Assembly (NCBI RefSeq): GCF_001194135.2 | Contig: NC_068982.1 | Span: forward strand, 156,957,869 to 156,990,804 | DNA length: 32,936 bases | From: Octopus bimaculoides | Taxonomy: Eukaryota | Direction of reading: 5' to 3' | In this document: piece after piece, positions 1 through 10,539 of the stretch | How positions within the stretch are numbered: position 1 is the stretch's first letter | How the letters are laid out: every line of letters starts with the position of its first letter | Program-made: the position numbers and the translations under genes | The notes under the pieces: generated by a model | The model's database searches: none | What the model was told of the DNA's origin: nothing | The model's input: only the letters and a program-made list of their open reading frames with translations

Positions 1-193
1 TCTACACGTAACCATACGCAAACCCATATTCACAACATACACCCGTATTCGCATATATATGTATGTGTGAAACTGAACGCTGCCTCTGTGTGTAAATTAT
101 ATGTATATGAAGAGGTTATGCGTTTCTGCTGAAGTGTAATTGTATTTTATGCAGCTCTCGATTCTCAATGCGTTTCATCTCCTGTCTGCCTGT

Positions 194-196
<3 letters not shown>

Positions 197-234
<38 letters not shown>
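197..234. repeat. (TC)n microsatellite
   Basis: Uninterrupted tctctc run; source of the SLSLSL ORFs. Confidence 0.95.
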
Positions 235-237
<3 letters not shown>

Positions 238-808
238 CTCACTGTTGTGTCTCTGTCTCTCTTTGTCTCTCTTTCTCTGCCACACACATATTTTACACAT
301 ATGTAGACATAGAAATAATCATAACTGCATCTATGCATCTATCAACTTGCTACAATTTCTGTTGCACGCACATATTCGCAAACATTCATTTATACATACT
401 TACATACACACCCGCATTTATAAGAAAGTTTCTCTCAATATATTGACTTATAAATATATATGCAAATTTCTTTTATGCTCTTCATATTTTATTTTTATGC
501 ATTAGTTGTATTGTATCTACATATATATTTAAAATTTTCATATTATATATATATTTTGTTTTTGATCAAAATGTCATAAATTCTTGTGCGCATGGCAGAA
601 GCAAGAGAATTGATAAATAGAATTTTATATGCCAATTGTTGCGTTGACATGGTCATGGAGATGTTTTTTCATTTTGTTGTCTTTTTTTTTTTTTTGGAAA
701 AATATATATACAAAATATATTGTGTTATCTTTGAATTAATAGGGGCTTTTTTCGATAAATATAAAATATATATAAATAAATGCAAGTATATATTTATATT
801 TCTACTTG

Positions 809-907
809 CATACATACATACATACATACATACATACACACATACATACATACATACATGCATACACGCACACAATATATATATATACGTCTGTGTGTGT
901 GTGTATA
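809..907. repeat. (CATA)n / (TA)n / (TG)n compound microsatellite next to an assembly gap
   Basis: Read directly; runs into the N gap at 908. Confidence 0.9.
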
Positions 908-1332
908 NNNNNNNNNNNNNNNNNNNNNNNNNNNNNNNNNNNNNNNNNNNNNNNNNNNNNNNNNNNNNNNNNNNNNNNNNNNNNNNNNNNNNNNNNNNNN
1001 NNNNNNNNNNNNNNNNNNNNNNNNNNNNNNNNNNNNNNNNNNNNNNNNNNNNNNNNNNNNNNNNNNNNNNNNNNNNNNNNNNNNNNNNNNNNNNNNNNNN
1101 NNNNNNNNNNNNNNNNNNNNNNNNNNNNNNNNNNNNNNNNNNNNNNNNNNNNNNNNNNNNNNNNNNNNNNNNNNNNNNNNNNNNNNNNNNNNNNNNNNNN
1201 NNNNNNNNNNNNNNNNNNNNNNNNNNNNNNNNNNNNNNNNNNNNNNNNNNNNNNNNNNNNNNNNNNNNNNNNNNNNNNNNNNNNNNNNNNNNNNNNNNNN
1301 NNNNNNNNNNNNNNNNNNNNNNNNNNNNNNNT

Positions 1333-1364
<32 letters not shown>

Positions 1365-1872
1365 GTTAGCTTCACTAAAAATAAGATGAAAGCATATTAA
1401 TCATCATTGCACGCACATTCTCGTACGCGTGTACGCATGCGTGCGCTGATTTATGAATTCTCTATGATTGAAGAAATGAATATATACTATATTATTTAAA
1501 TGCCATACGTTGATATCTCTCCTTTATCTCACAACTATTATTTACAAGATTCCAGTACATAGTTGCTTTTATATAGGAACATTCGTGCATACAGACACAC
1601 TTACACGCATCTCCGCGTCTACACGCACGCGTACAATATCTGTTTGTGTATACAACCATATACATACATACATGCATACATATATATATATATATATGCA
1701 TATATATTTGCAGTGAAAATACTTAAAAGTTTGTATTATATAGAAATTTCCAGATATCAATAAATAGGAGGCAAATGTATATATTTTTCATTTTTTAAAA
1801 GATTTATATATTCACTGAATTACTCAAACATTTATATACCTATGTTTGTGTAAATATCCATTCAATTATATA

Positions 1873-1875
<3 letters not shown>

Positions 1876-1920
<45 letters not shown>

Positions 1921-2030
1921 TCATTCTCACTTCCTCATTTTCCCTATCTGTCAGTCAATTTATGTATATACCTCTGTTTCTCCCTCTCTCTCACTCTCTC
2001 TCTTTCTCTCTCTCTTTCTATCTATCTCTC
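1876..2030. repeat. (CT)n-rich low-complexity tract
   Basis: Read directly. Confidence 0.85.
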
Positions 2031-2209
2031 TGTCAATCACGCTCTCTCTGTTAACAGGGTACAGTTATTCTTTCAAACACAGCATGTTACAGAAAAAAAA
2101 ACAACATAATCTGCGTTCAAGTTTTTGATCTTTTTATTAAGGGCTTTTCATTTTTCCTGACTGGTCCTTTATGTTTACTTTGTAACAATATCATCTCCAA
2201 ATCCATCAG

Positions 2210-2254
2210 TCTGTTAACGTTTCAAGACTTTTCTGTCCTCCTCATCAGAACAAA
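2210..2254 (-). ncRNA. Minimal type I hammerhead ribozyme-like motif (PLE-type, palindromic stem III)
   Basis: Minus strand reads UUUGUU-CUGAUGA-GG-AGGAC-AGAAAA-GUCUU-GAAA-CGUU-AACAGA. Intact core, 6-bp stem I (UUUGUU/AACAGA), 5-bp stem II preceded by an extra GG, loopless ACGU palindromic stem III, cleavage triplet GUU. Confidence 0.6.
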
Positions 2255-2486
2255 AGGTTGATAATAATGGTACTTCGCTCACGCGGTTGCAGTTGATCAC
2301 AAACGAGCCTAGGAATATTGTTATGTGGTTTAAATCGCCAACGTCGAGTTTAAAAACTATACACTGCTTAAGTCCTGCTACGTTTTACGATAGGTACATT
2401 CAGGTTTTACATGTGATACATACATACATGCATACATACATGCATACATACATACATACATACATACATACATACATACATACATA

Positions 2487-2813
2487 ACTGTGATGTGTAA
2501 CACACTGCTTAAATAGCAATCTTGAGAAATTAGGCTTCTCAAAAGCAGAAAGGAGAAAGCTAATTCGAAGACTACAGATCCAGGCCATCACTGGAACTGT
2601 GAAAACCTGTAAAACTTTCCAGAGGTTTATCATTTGAATATATATGAGCCTCTCTAGATACGCAACATACATAAAAGAAAGAAATATGCACATACATACA
2701 TGCATACATACATACATACATATGTTGAAATTCCAATGAAGGAGCCTTGAATCTAGGTTAGAAACCGGTTCATTCCCTATTTCAAGAAATCTTGAAATAA
2801 ACTGAATAATGAC
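2487..2813 (+). mobile_element. 5'-truncated 3' end of an RLE-type non-LTR retrotransposon, flanked by (CATA)n
   Basis: 2494-2637 translates CVTHCLNSNLEKLGFSKAERRKLIRRLQIQAITGTVKTCKTFQRFII*, resembling the C-terminus after the restriction-like endonuclease (L..LG...LQ...I.GT..I.K pattern). A 3'UTR follows that is shared with 3305-3408 and 24458-24719. Confidence 0.65.
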
Positions 2814-2872
2814 ATACGTACATACATACATATGAGCATGTCTATAAGCAAATATATGTTTGAGATTACATA

Positions 2873-3242
2873 GTAGTTTGTTGGCACTCCGTCGCTTACG
2901 ACGTCGAGCGTTCCAGTTGATCCGATCAACGGAACAGCCTGCTCGTGAAATTAACGTGCAAGATACGTTTACCTTTAACGTAGTTCTCGGGGATATTCAG
3001 CGTGACACAGTGTGACAAGGCTGACCCTTTGAATTACAGGCACAACAGAAAGAGGAAGTAAGAGTGAGAGAAAGTTGTGGTGAAAGAGTACAGCAGGGTT
3101 CGCCACCATCCCCTGCCGGAGCCTCGTGGAAATTTAGGTGTTTTCGCTCAATAAACACTCACAACACCCTGTCTGGGAATCGAAACTGCGATCCTATGAT
3201 CGCGAGTCCACTGGCCTAACCACTGGGCCATTGCGCCTCCAC
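2873..3242 (-). mobile_element. Full-length tRNA-derived SINE, group A
   Basis: Reverse complement of the 28992-29366 copy; tRNA-like head with A/B boxes; 13-bp TSD ttgagattacata at 2860-2872 and 3243-3255. Confidence 0.9.
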
Positions 3243-3304
3243 TTGAGATTACATACATCAAACGGAACATACAAACTTGCGCATATACATATATACATAC
3301 ATAC

Positions 3305-3408
3305 CAAAATACCCTGTTGATGTTGTTGAAATTCCAGTGAAGGACCTAAGTTAGAAACTGACTGTTTCTCTATTGGTTAGAAATCTTGAAATAAAACTGA
3401 ATAACGAC
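3305..3408 (+). mobile_element. Short 3'UTR fragment of the (CATA)n-associated LINE
   Basis: gttgaaattcca.tgaagga...gaaatcttgaaataaaactgaataa.gac matches 2722-2813 and 24628-24719; followed by (CATA)n to about 3507. Confidence 0.75.
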
Positions 3409-3926
3409 ATACATGCATACGTACATACATACATACATACATACATACATACATACATGCATGCATACATATATACATACATACATACATACATACATAC
3501 ATACATAAGAAATGCAAGTCCTTAATTCCCCTTCTGCAAATGATCACGATATCTGAGTCTATAAAAAGATGTAGGAACTTAAAATTTAAAGAATGATGGT
3601 TAAACGAAGATATTTTCCTTCATCAACCTTGCTGTCAAGTAGGTGGCCAGTTAAATTTACTCTAAAATTAAAAAGAGAAAGAAAACGAACATACATACTC
3701 CAACTCTGCTCTCTACACATACTCATTGAATCTTCCATGTGTTAACATGTACCCCCTTGCGACAATGTAAACTTTTATTTAAGCAAGATATAGTTGGCCT
3801 GAGAATAGTCTGCTGTATACACCATGCTTGGCTAATTACCACTTTCAAGGTTCCGCTGGCTATGAAACATATGCAGCCCAGATCTCATCTACTCCATTCG
3901 TTATCTCTTGTATGTATATATAAATA

Positions 3927-4330
3927 TATTCTTTTATTCTTTCATTCTTTTACTTGTTTCAGTCACTTAATTGTGGCCATGCTGGAGCACCACCTTTAGT
4001 CGAAGACATCGACCCCAAGAATTATTCTTTGTAAGCCTAGTACTTATTCCATCGGACTCTTTTGCCGAATCACTAAGTTTTGGGGACATAAACTTACAAA
4101 CATCGGCTGTCAAGCGATGGCGTTTGGACAAACACAGACAGCACACACATAAACACACACACACACAACCACCCCACACACACACACATACACACACACA
4201 TATACATATATGGGCTGCTTTCAGTTTCCGTCTACCAAATCCACTCACAAGGATTTGGTCAGTCTGAAGCTATAGTAGAAGATATTTGCATCAGGTGCCA
4301 TGCAGTGGTACTGAATCCGGAATCATGGGG
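3927..4330 (-). mobile_element. tRNA-derived SINE, group B (internal CA/TG microsatellite), slightly 5'-truncated
   Basis: Matches the 9938-10336, 14938-15092 and 16432-16653 copies in reverse: gtgagtggatttggtagacggaaactgaaag body, ggggtcgat core, (AAAAG/AATA)-type tail. Confidence 0.85.
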
Positions 4331-4577
4331 TTCTTACCGCCGAACAGGCCTGCACCTATAGCCAGGCCTCCGCCTATAAATATAAATATAAAATGCTGGT
4401 CTATATAAAGCTGTTTAGTATTTATCCATAGATATAGCATGGGAGCATCGCATGAAATCCTTAAAGAGCTATTGAAAATTTATAAAGTCGCCTACATTTC
4501 CACTACATACTCCGAAAAAATGCCTCGCAATACACCAGTAATATAAATTATAATTATAAACTTGGCCATATTCAATA

Positions 4578-4903
4578 CGGCTGGAACTCCGTCGGTTACG
4601 ACGACGAGGGTTCCAGTTGATCCGATGTACGAAACAGCCTGCTCGTGAAATTAACGTGCATGTGGCTGAGCACTCTATAGATACGTGTACCCTTAACGTA
4701 GTTCTCAGGAAAATTCGGTGTGACATAGAGTGTCACAAGGCTGATCCTTTGAAATACAGGTGCTACCCATTTTTGCCAGTTAAATGAACTGGAGCAACGT
4801 GAAATAAAGTTGATCAAGAACACAACACATCGCTGGTAATTGAACTCGCGACGTTGCGATCGTGAGCCGAATAATGTAACCACTAATCCACGCGTCTTCA
4901 CTA
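4578..4903 (-). mobile_element. tRNA-derived SINE with a different head but the group A 3' half
   Basis: 3' ~190 bp (tacctgtatttcaaagg...ggatcaactggaaccctcgtcgtcgtaac) shared with group A; 5' head differs; 11-bp TSD catattcaata at 4567-4577 and 4904-4914. Confidence 0.85.
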
Positions 4904-5791
4904 CATATTCAATATGACTAACTGCTATTCCGAAAAACATGTTGAAATACTTTGTCTTTCCTGCACCTGCTGTTCTCTTGCAAGCTTCACAAAGTAATTT
5001 AGATGGCTCTAGTTTTCCTATTAGTGCCTTCCCTTGTGGCATCCTACGTGAATAATCTGCAAAGCAATGCCGTTCCGCTATGCATAGCAGCTATGTTGTT
5101 AATATATATATGAGACAAATGCCGTAGAACAGGCTGATGGTCATACAATTCAACTTAACTCAATCGAAATTTCAGTATATTTTTAGAGATAAATAAAAAA
5201 TTATCGACCAACACCTCTATTATATAAACGTAAGTAGTAGTATTTCTACAAAGTAAAAATAATACTACTTTTAAATTGTCCCTCCGTAAAGAAATCTAAA
5301 TATAGAAATCTTACCGGAAGCATCAGTTCTCAACGGATTACTTAGTAGATTAGCAGCCATACATCTACATTGACACAATACATGCAGCAACCACTAAACA
5401 TATCCAGATTGCACTACAAGAACCAAATGAATTATAATTATAAGAATGGATGAATATGTAATTAAAATGAATCATCAGAAAGAACACACGCATCATACAA
5501 AGCCAAAAGTATATATTTAGTAAAGTTTACGCAATGAGAAAAAAAGTGAAGACAAGAAGAAACCCGTCAGAATAAAAATCCTCCTCATCAACAGGGGTAT
5601 CGAATATCATCAGCATCGACTTGGTTACGCCAGCAGGGTCATATCATGTAGAATTCAATACTGTTGAATTTGACGTGGTACGTAGAGATCAGGATCAAGT
5701 AACTGAAGACCGTCCATTCGTAGCTCTAAGACCTCTATAAAAGATTCATTATAACGTCCCTAAAAATTTCTTATTACATACTCACCATATA

Positions 5792-6001
5792 AAGGACGGC
5801 GAGACGGCTGAATCATTAGCACGCCGGACAAAATGCTTAGCAGCATTTCGTCAGTCTGAGTTCAATTTTCGTTGAGGCTAACTTTGCTATTCATCCTCAG
5901 GGAATGAATTAAATAAGTACCTGTAGATCATTGTGTTCGATGTAAATCGACTTACCCCTTGCCTCGCCATTGCTGCATTTGTGCCAAATATTGAAACCAT
6001 T
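5792..6001 (+). mobile_element. tRNA-derived SINE, group C (diverged)
   Basis: Reverse complement of the 30547-30778 and 32631-32831 type: ggcgag..gg.agaatc.ttagcacgccgg, gagttcaa B box, gtcgat..atcgac core. Confidence 0.8.
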
Positions 6002-6053
6002 GTATTTTAGTATATATATATATGTGTGTATGAGTTTGTGTGTGTGTGAGGGG

Positions 6054-6084
<31 letters not shown>

Positions 6085-6449
6085 NNNNNNNNNNNNNNNN
6101 NNNNNNNNNNNNNNNNNNNNNNNNNNNNNNNNNNNNNNNNNNNNNNNNNNNNNNNNNNNNNNNNNNNNNNNNNNNNNNNNNNNNNNNNNNNNNNNNNNNN
6201 NNNNNNNNNNNNNNNNNNNNNNNNNNNNNNNNNNNNNNNNNNNNNNNNNNNNNNNNNNNNNNNNNNNNNNNNNNNNNNNNNNNNNNNNNNNNNNNNNNNN
6301 NNNNNNNNNNNNNNNNNNNNNNNNNNNNNNNNNNNNNNNNNNNNNNNNNNNNNNNNNNNNNNNNNNNNNNNNNNNNNNNNNNNNNNNNNNNNNNNNNNNN
6401 NNNNNNNNNNNNNNNNNNNNNNNNNNNNNNNNNNNNNNNNNNNNNNNNN

Positions 6450-6645
6450 CAACCCCCCCCACACACACACACACACGCACGCACATATTTATACGACGGG
6501 ATTCTTTCAGTTTCCGTCTACCATATCCACTCACGAGGCTTTGGTCGGCTCGACAATCCACTTGCCCAAGGTGTCACGCAGTGGCACTGAACCCAGAACC
6601 GTGTGGTTGATAAGCAAGCTACTTACCACCCAGCCACTCCTACAC
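6450..6645 (-). mobile_element. SINE group B, 5' half (3' half presumably in the adjacent gap)
   Basis: Reverse complement of the 14938-15092 head and body; ends in the internal (CA)n at the gap edge. Confidence 0.85.
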
Positions 6646-6924
6646 ACGCCGCCTAGAAGTATTTTAGACGAAGAAATCGGACCAAGTACTCGGTATATCT
6701 GTATCTGTTGCCGAAACGTTGCATTGCAAGGACGTAAACACACAAACACAGTTGCCAAAACATGTAAGCATGTATGCATAAATATAAGGTTAAACGTGCT
6801 AACGATTGTGCCAGATTGAGAAAGAAATAACAACATCCTTACCCTTCTCTTAGTATCAGCCATCACTGTCAATTTAAAAATTATACTTTCGTACATATAC
6901 GCACACAGAACACTCCCGCTTCCG

Positions 6925-6985
<61 letters not shown>

Positions 6986-7010
6986 TTGTCTATCTGTCTG
7001 TCTGTCTTCC

Positions 7011-7051
<41 letters not shown>

Positions 7052-7060
7052 ATCTGTCTG
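6925..7060. repeat. (TCTA)n + (TCTG)n compound tetranucleotide microsatellite
   Basis: Read directly. Confidence 0.95.
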
Positions 7061-7891
7061 TGTGTATATATAAATATATATATATATATNNNNNNNNNNN
7101 NNNNNNNNNNNNNNNNNNNNNNNNNNNNNNNNNNNNNNNNNNNNNNNNNNNNNNNNNNNNNNNNNNNNNNNNNNNNNNNNNNNNNNNNNNNNNNNNNNNN
7201 NNNNNNNNNNNNNNNNNNNNNNNNNNNNNNNNNNNNNNNNNNNNNNNNNNNNNNNNNNNNNNNNNNNNNNNNNNNNNNNNNNNNNNNNNNNNNNNNNNNN
7301 NNNNNNNNNNNNNNNNNNNNNNNNNNNNNNNNNNNNNNNNNNNNNNNNNNNNNNNNNNNNNNNNNNNNNNNNNNNNNNNNNNNNNNNNNNNNNNNNNNNN
7401 NNNNNNNNNNNNNNNNNNNNNNNNNNNNNNNNNNNNNNNNNNNNNNNNNNNNNNNNNNNNNNNNNNNNNNNNNNNNNNNNNNNNNNNNNNNNNNNNNNNN
7501 NNNNNNNNNNNNNNNNNNNNNNNNNNNNNNNNNNNNNNNNNNNNNNNNNNNNNNNNNNNNNNNNNNNNNNNNNNNNNNNNNNNNNNNNNNNNNNNNNNNN
7601 NNNNNNNNNNNNNNNNNNNNNNNNNNNNNNNNNNNNNNNNNNNNNNNNNNNNNNNNNNNNNNNNNNNNNNNNNNNNNNNNNNNNNNNNNNNNNNNNNNNN
7701 NNNNNNNNNNNNNNNNNNNNNNNNNNNNNNNNNNNNNNNNNNNNNNNNNNNNNNNNNNNNNNNNNNNNNNNNNNNNNNNNNNNNNNNNNNNNNNNNNNNN
7801 NNNNNNNNNNNNNNNNNNNNNNNNNNNNNNNNNNNNNNNNNNNNNNNNNNNNNNNNNNNNNNNNNNNNNNNNNNNNNNNNNNNNNNNNNNN

Positions 7892-7930
<39 letters not shown>

Positions 7931-8084
7931 TCTATTGCAAATCTTATACAAGGACACAATTAAGCAACGAGAATGTGGATCGTCATATTTTACTGAGGAA
8001 TATTTTAGCACTGAGTGATTCATTTAAAAAATTGCGTAACATTACTATAATGGTCTGAGCAATCTTTCTACTCCATCGAGTTAC

Positions 8085-8239
8085 GTATTTGTTTTTAGAC
8101 AGGATGAAACAGCTTTTGTACTTGATGTTAAAGGGTGCGAAACTGTTATGAAAACTTCGCCATAGCTAAATTTTGAAGAACTCCACGCGACGCTGTTGAG
8201 GACATTATTCTTCAAAACTATATTACTAAAATTCCAAAT
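8085..8239 (-). other. Possible internal coding exon (155 nt), unidentified
   Basis: gcccacag| ... |gtaact. Frame IWNFSNIVLKNNVLNSVAWSSSKFSYGEVFITVSHPLTSSTKAVSSCLKTN is open between the sites, with stops just outside both. No recognisable homology. Confidence 0.2.
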
Positions 8240-8443
8240 CTGTGGGCAACATTACATTGGAGAAAAATAAAACCAGCTATGACGTTAGATTCAGTTTATT
8301 ATGTAATGTATTATATAGTGTATGGTCACGTAAAGCCACATTTGAATTAATTGGACATAAGGTAATCTCACTGCGAATATAAGTGGTACATTCTCTGTTT
8401 CTGAGCGAAGACCTCTCTCCTATTTTTGGAACCAGATACACGA

Positions 8444-8536
8444 TAATATCAGCAAACTATTGATCTGCAATCTGTCAGACTATTGATCTGTAATCTGTAA
8501 TATCAGCAAACTATTGATCTGCAATCTGTCAGACTA
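8444..8536. repeat. Local tandem duplication (2 x 39 bp, period 54)
   Basis: taatatcagcaaactattgatctgcaatctgtcagacta is identical at 8444-8482 and 8498-8536; the 15-bp spacer is a partial copy. Confidence 0.95.
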
Positions 8537-8879
8537 GCCGTTAGTGTATACTTGGATGGATTATGAGCACAGAGAAGCCTATGAAAAAACAAGGATATTC
8601 TATGGGAAGCACTAGGTGCGCCGAGTGATCGTGACGTTTCTGGTAAATAATATATTCAAACCAATTATGAGATTTATATTTTGAACATATTTCAAGAAAA
8701 GAAAAATATTGTAAGTTTAAATATGAAAGGGAAATTGTGTTGTCAAGACTATTTATGCAACAAGACCGAATGTAAGTTGGTTATATAAGTCCGCTCACCC
8801 TTAAGTATATTTAACGGAGTGGGTATTAGTGTATGCAAATATCTGGGGGCAGAAGCAGCAGAAATGGCTAAGAAATGGA

Positions 8880-9910
8880 TAGTGTTCGAAATGATAGACT
8901 TATATACATTTGACGTTGTTCAGAAGAGAAATCACGGAGAGAGACATCCGAGAAGATTAGAGACAATTTTTGATGAAGATAGATCGTCACTTTGAATATT
9001 AAGGCGCATAGAAGACACAGGATAGTAACTAGAGTGTAACTTCAAACTGAAATAGAATGGGAAAGAAGAATAGGAAATTTCGGCAAATAATGGCAGTAAA
9101 TATACTTTATGAGACACAAAAGTAAACAAATCAAACAAATGAGAATTAGAAACACAGAGCGACTACAATATTAGAAAATGAAATTAAAGAACAAAGAGAT
9201 GCACGGCAAGCAAATGAAAGAACACGAGTCACCGAGAGAATACAAAAGGAAACAGAATGCTGAGAACGGGAGGCAGGCACAAGATCACAAGATGCGATAC
9301 ATAAATAACATTTTATGAAGCATATATGAGACATTCTTCATGTGGAGAATTTAATGGAATATGCCAGCTTTGTGAAGCAATGCACTTTCTTGCTGAGAAT
9401 CCCTGCGATACCTTGTGTAATAATTGCTACCATAAATGTAAATTTAAGAACCTTCAACGGTGACATTTTTTAGAATATCTGAAAAATATGAGTCAACTAG
9501 GTTATTGCTATTATTCCAAATTTAGATCAACAATATCATAGACCTCGGTAGTTTTGCTTGATTAAATGGCATGGGATTCAAATAGCTGATGTCTTATAGG
9601 AAAGACAATTTATTCAGTTGTACATCAACGAATTAACAATGACTGATGAGACCAGACTTAACCACTCCTAAAATTATAGACACCTTAAATATTATTACTA
9701 GAGAAAATAATGTTTACGGAATATTATACAAAATGTTGCGAGAAGTCAAACATAAAGCAACGGAGCATGCGTGGCAGGGAAATAGAATATCTCTCAGTGA
9801 TAACCATGAGGTTTACAAGAAAATGTTTAAGAGTTTAGCGAAATATCAATCCTAGTCTGCGTAAGACTACTATGTTTATAAAACGACAAACGTAGAAGTG
9901 CGACCACACG
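8880..9910 (+). mobile_element. Decayed Helitron, N-terminal RepHel coding remnant
   Basis: Charged E/R/Q repeats (ENEIKEQRDARQANERTR); 9332-9463 HSSCGEFNGICQLCEAMHFLAENPCDTLCNNCYHKCK matches the Helitron CxxC-A-HF-E...CC-KGK zinc-finger region; 9646-9855 ENNVYGILYKMLREV matches the downstream N.Y...Y.ML.EV motif. Contains stops and frameshifts; boundaries approximate. Confidence 0.7.
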
Positions 9911-9937
9911 CGTGCACGACACATTCATATACACATA

Positions 9938-10336
9938 GGCACAGGCAAGGCTGTTTGGTAAGAAGCTTGCTTTGCAACTCCTCATTGTTCCGGGTTCAAC
10001 CCCACTGCGTGGCATCTTTGGCAAGTGTCTTCTACTATAGCCTCGGGCCGACCGAAGACTTGTGAGTGGATTTGGAAGAAGAAAGCTCGTCATATATATA
10101 CATACGTGCGTGTGTGTATTTGCATCTATATGTGTGTGTTTTTGTCTGTATTTGTCGCCCCCCCCCACCGATTGACAAGCTGTATGCACGTCCCTGTAAC
10201 TTAGCGGTTCGGCAAAAAAAAAAAAATACTAGGCTCAAAATAAAGTACTGGGGTCGATTAATCGACTAAAAATTCTTGAAAGCGGAGACCCAACATGGCT
10301 GCAGTCTAATGACTGGAACAAGTAAAAGATAAAAGA
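9938..10336 (+). mobile_element. Full-length SINE group B with internal TA/TG microsatellite
   Basis: tRNA-like head (ggttcaaccccactgcg B box), body, microsatellite at about 10090-10140, ggggtcgattaatcgac core, aaagataaaag tail. Confidence 0.9.
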
Positions 10337-10539
10337 CATAGAAAACATTGCTACGTGCATACTGGTACATCTATCTAAGTATCAGCTGGGAATTGCTGAG
10401 TGTTTCACGTATTATACACATTATTGCATTAATATGATTCAACAAAGGCTGCGTACCCACATGTCTTCAGGTCAGTGGGTGCGAGAACAGTGTATTTCAA
10501 TATACTGTGTGTATTTGTGGGGCAATCCCGTTCTAGTTC

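Noticed and set aside
2731-2772. ccaatgaagg-agcct...aggtt-agaaaccggtt in the LINE 3'UTR resembling a hammerhead
   Set aside because: No CUGA or UUGA core in any of the three copies and no stem I; only a hairpin followed by GAAAC.
5561-5595. Second hammerhead-like motif on the minus strand (UUGAUGA-GG-AGGAU-UUUU-AUUCU-GACGGGUU), parallel to 2210-2254
   Set aside because: GAAA is destroyed, C3 is changed without compensation and stem I is unconvincing; at best a dead relic, possibly chance.
586-8058. Long ORFs in the ORF track containing X runs or YIYI/HTHT/CVCV/SLSL repeats (here and throughout the window)
   Set aside because: They read through N gaps and microsatellites and are not evidence of coding.
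8100-8170. + strand QDETAFVLDVKG resembling a pogo-type DET motif
   Set aside because: Too short, closed by a stop after about 20 codons, and no other transposase motifs or TIRs.
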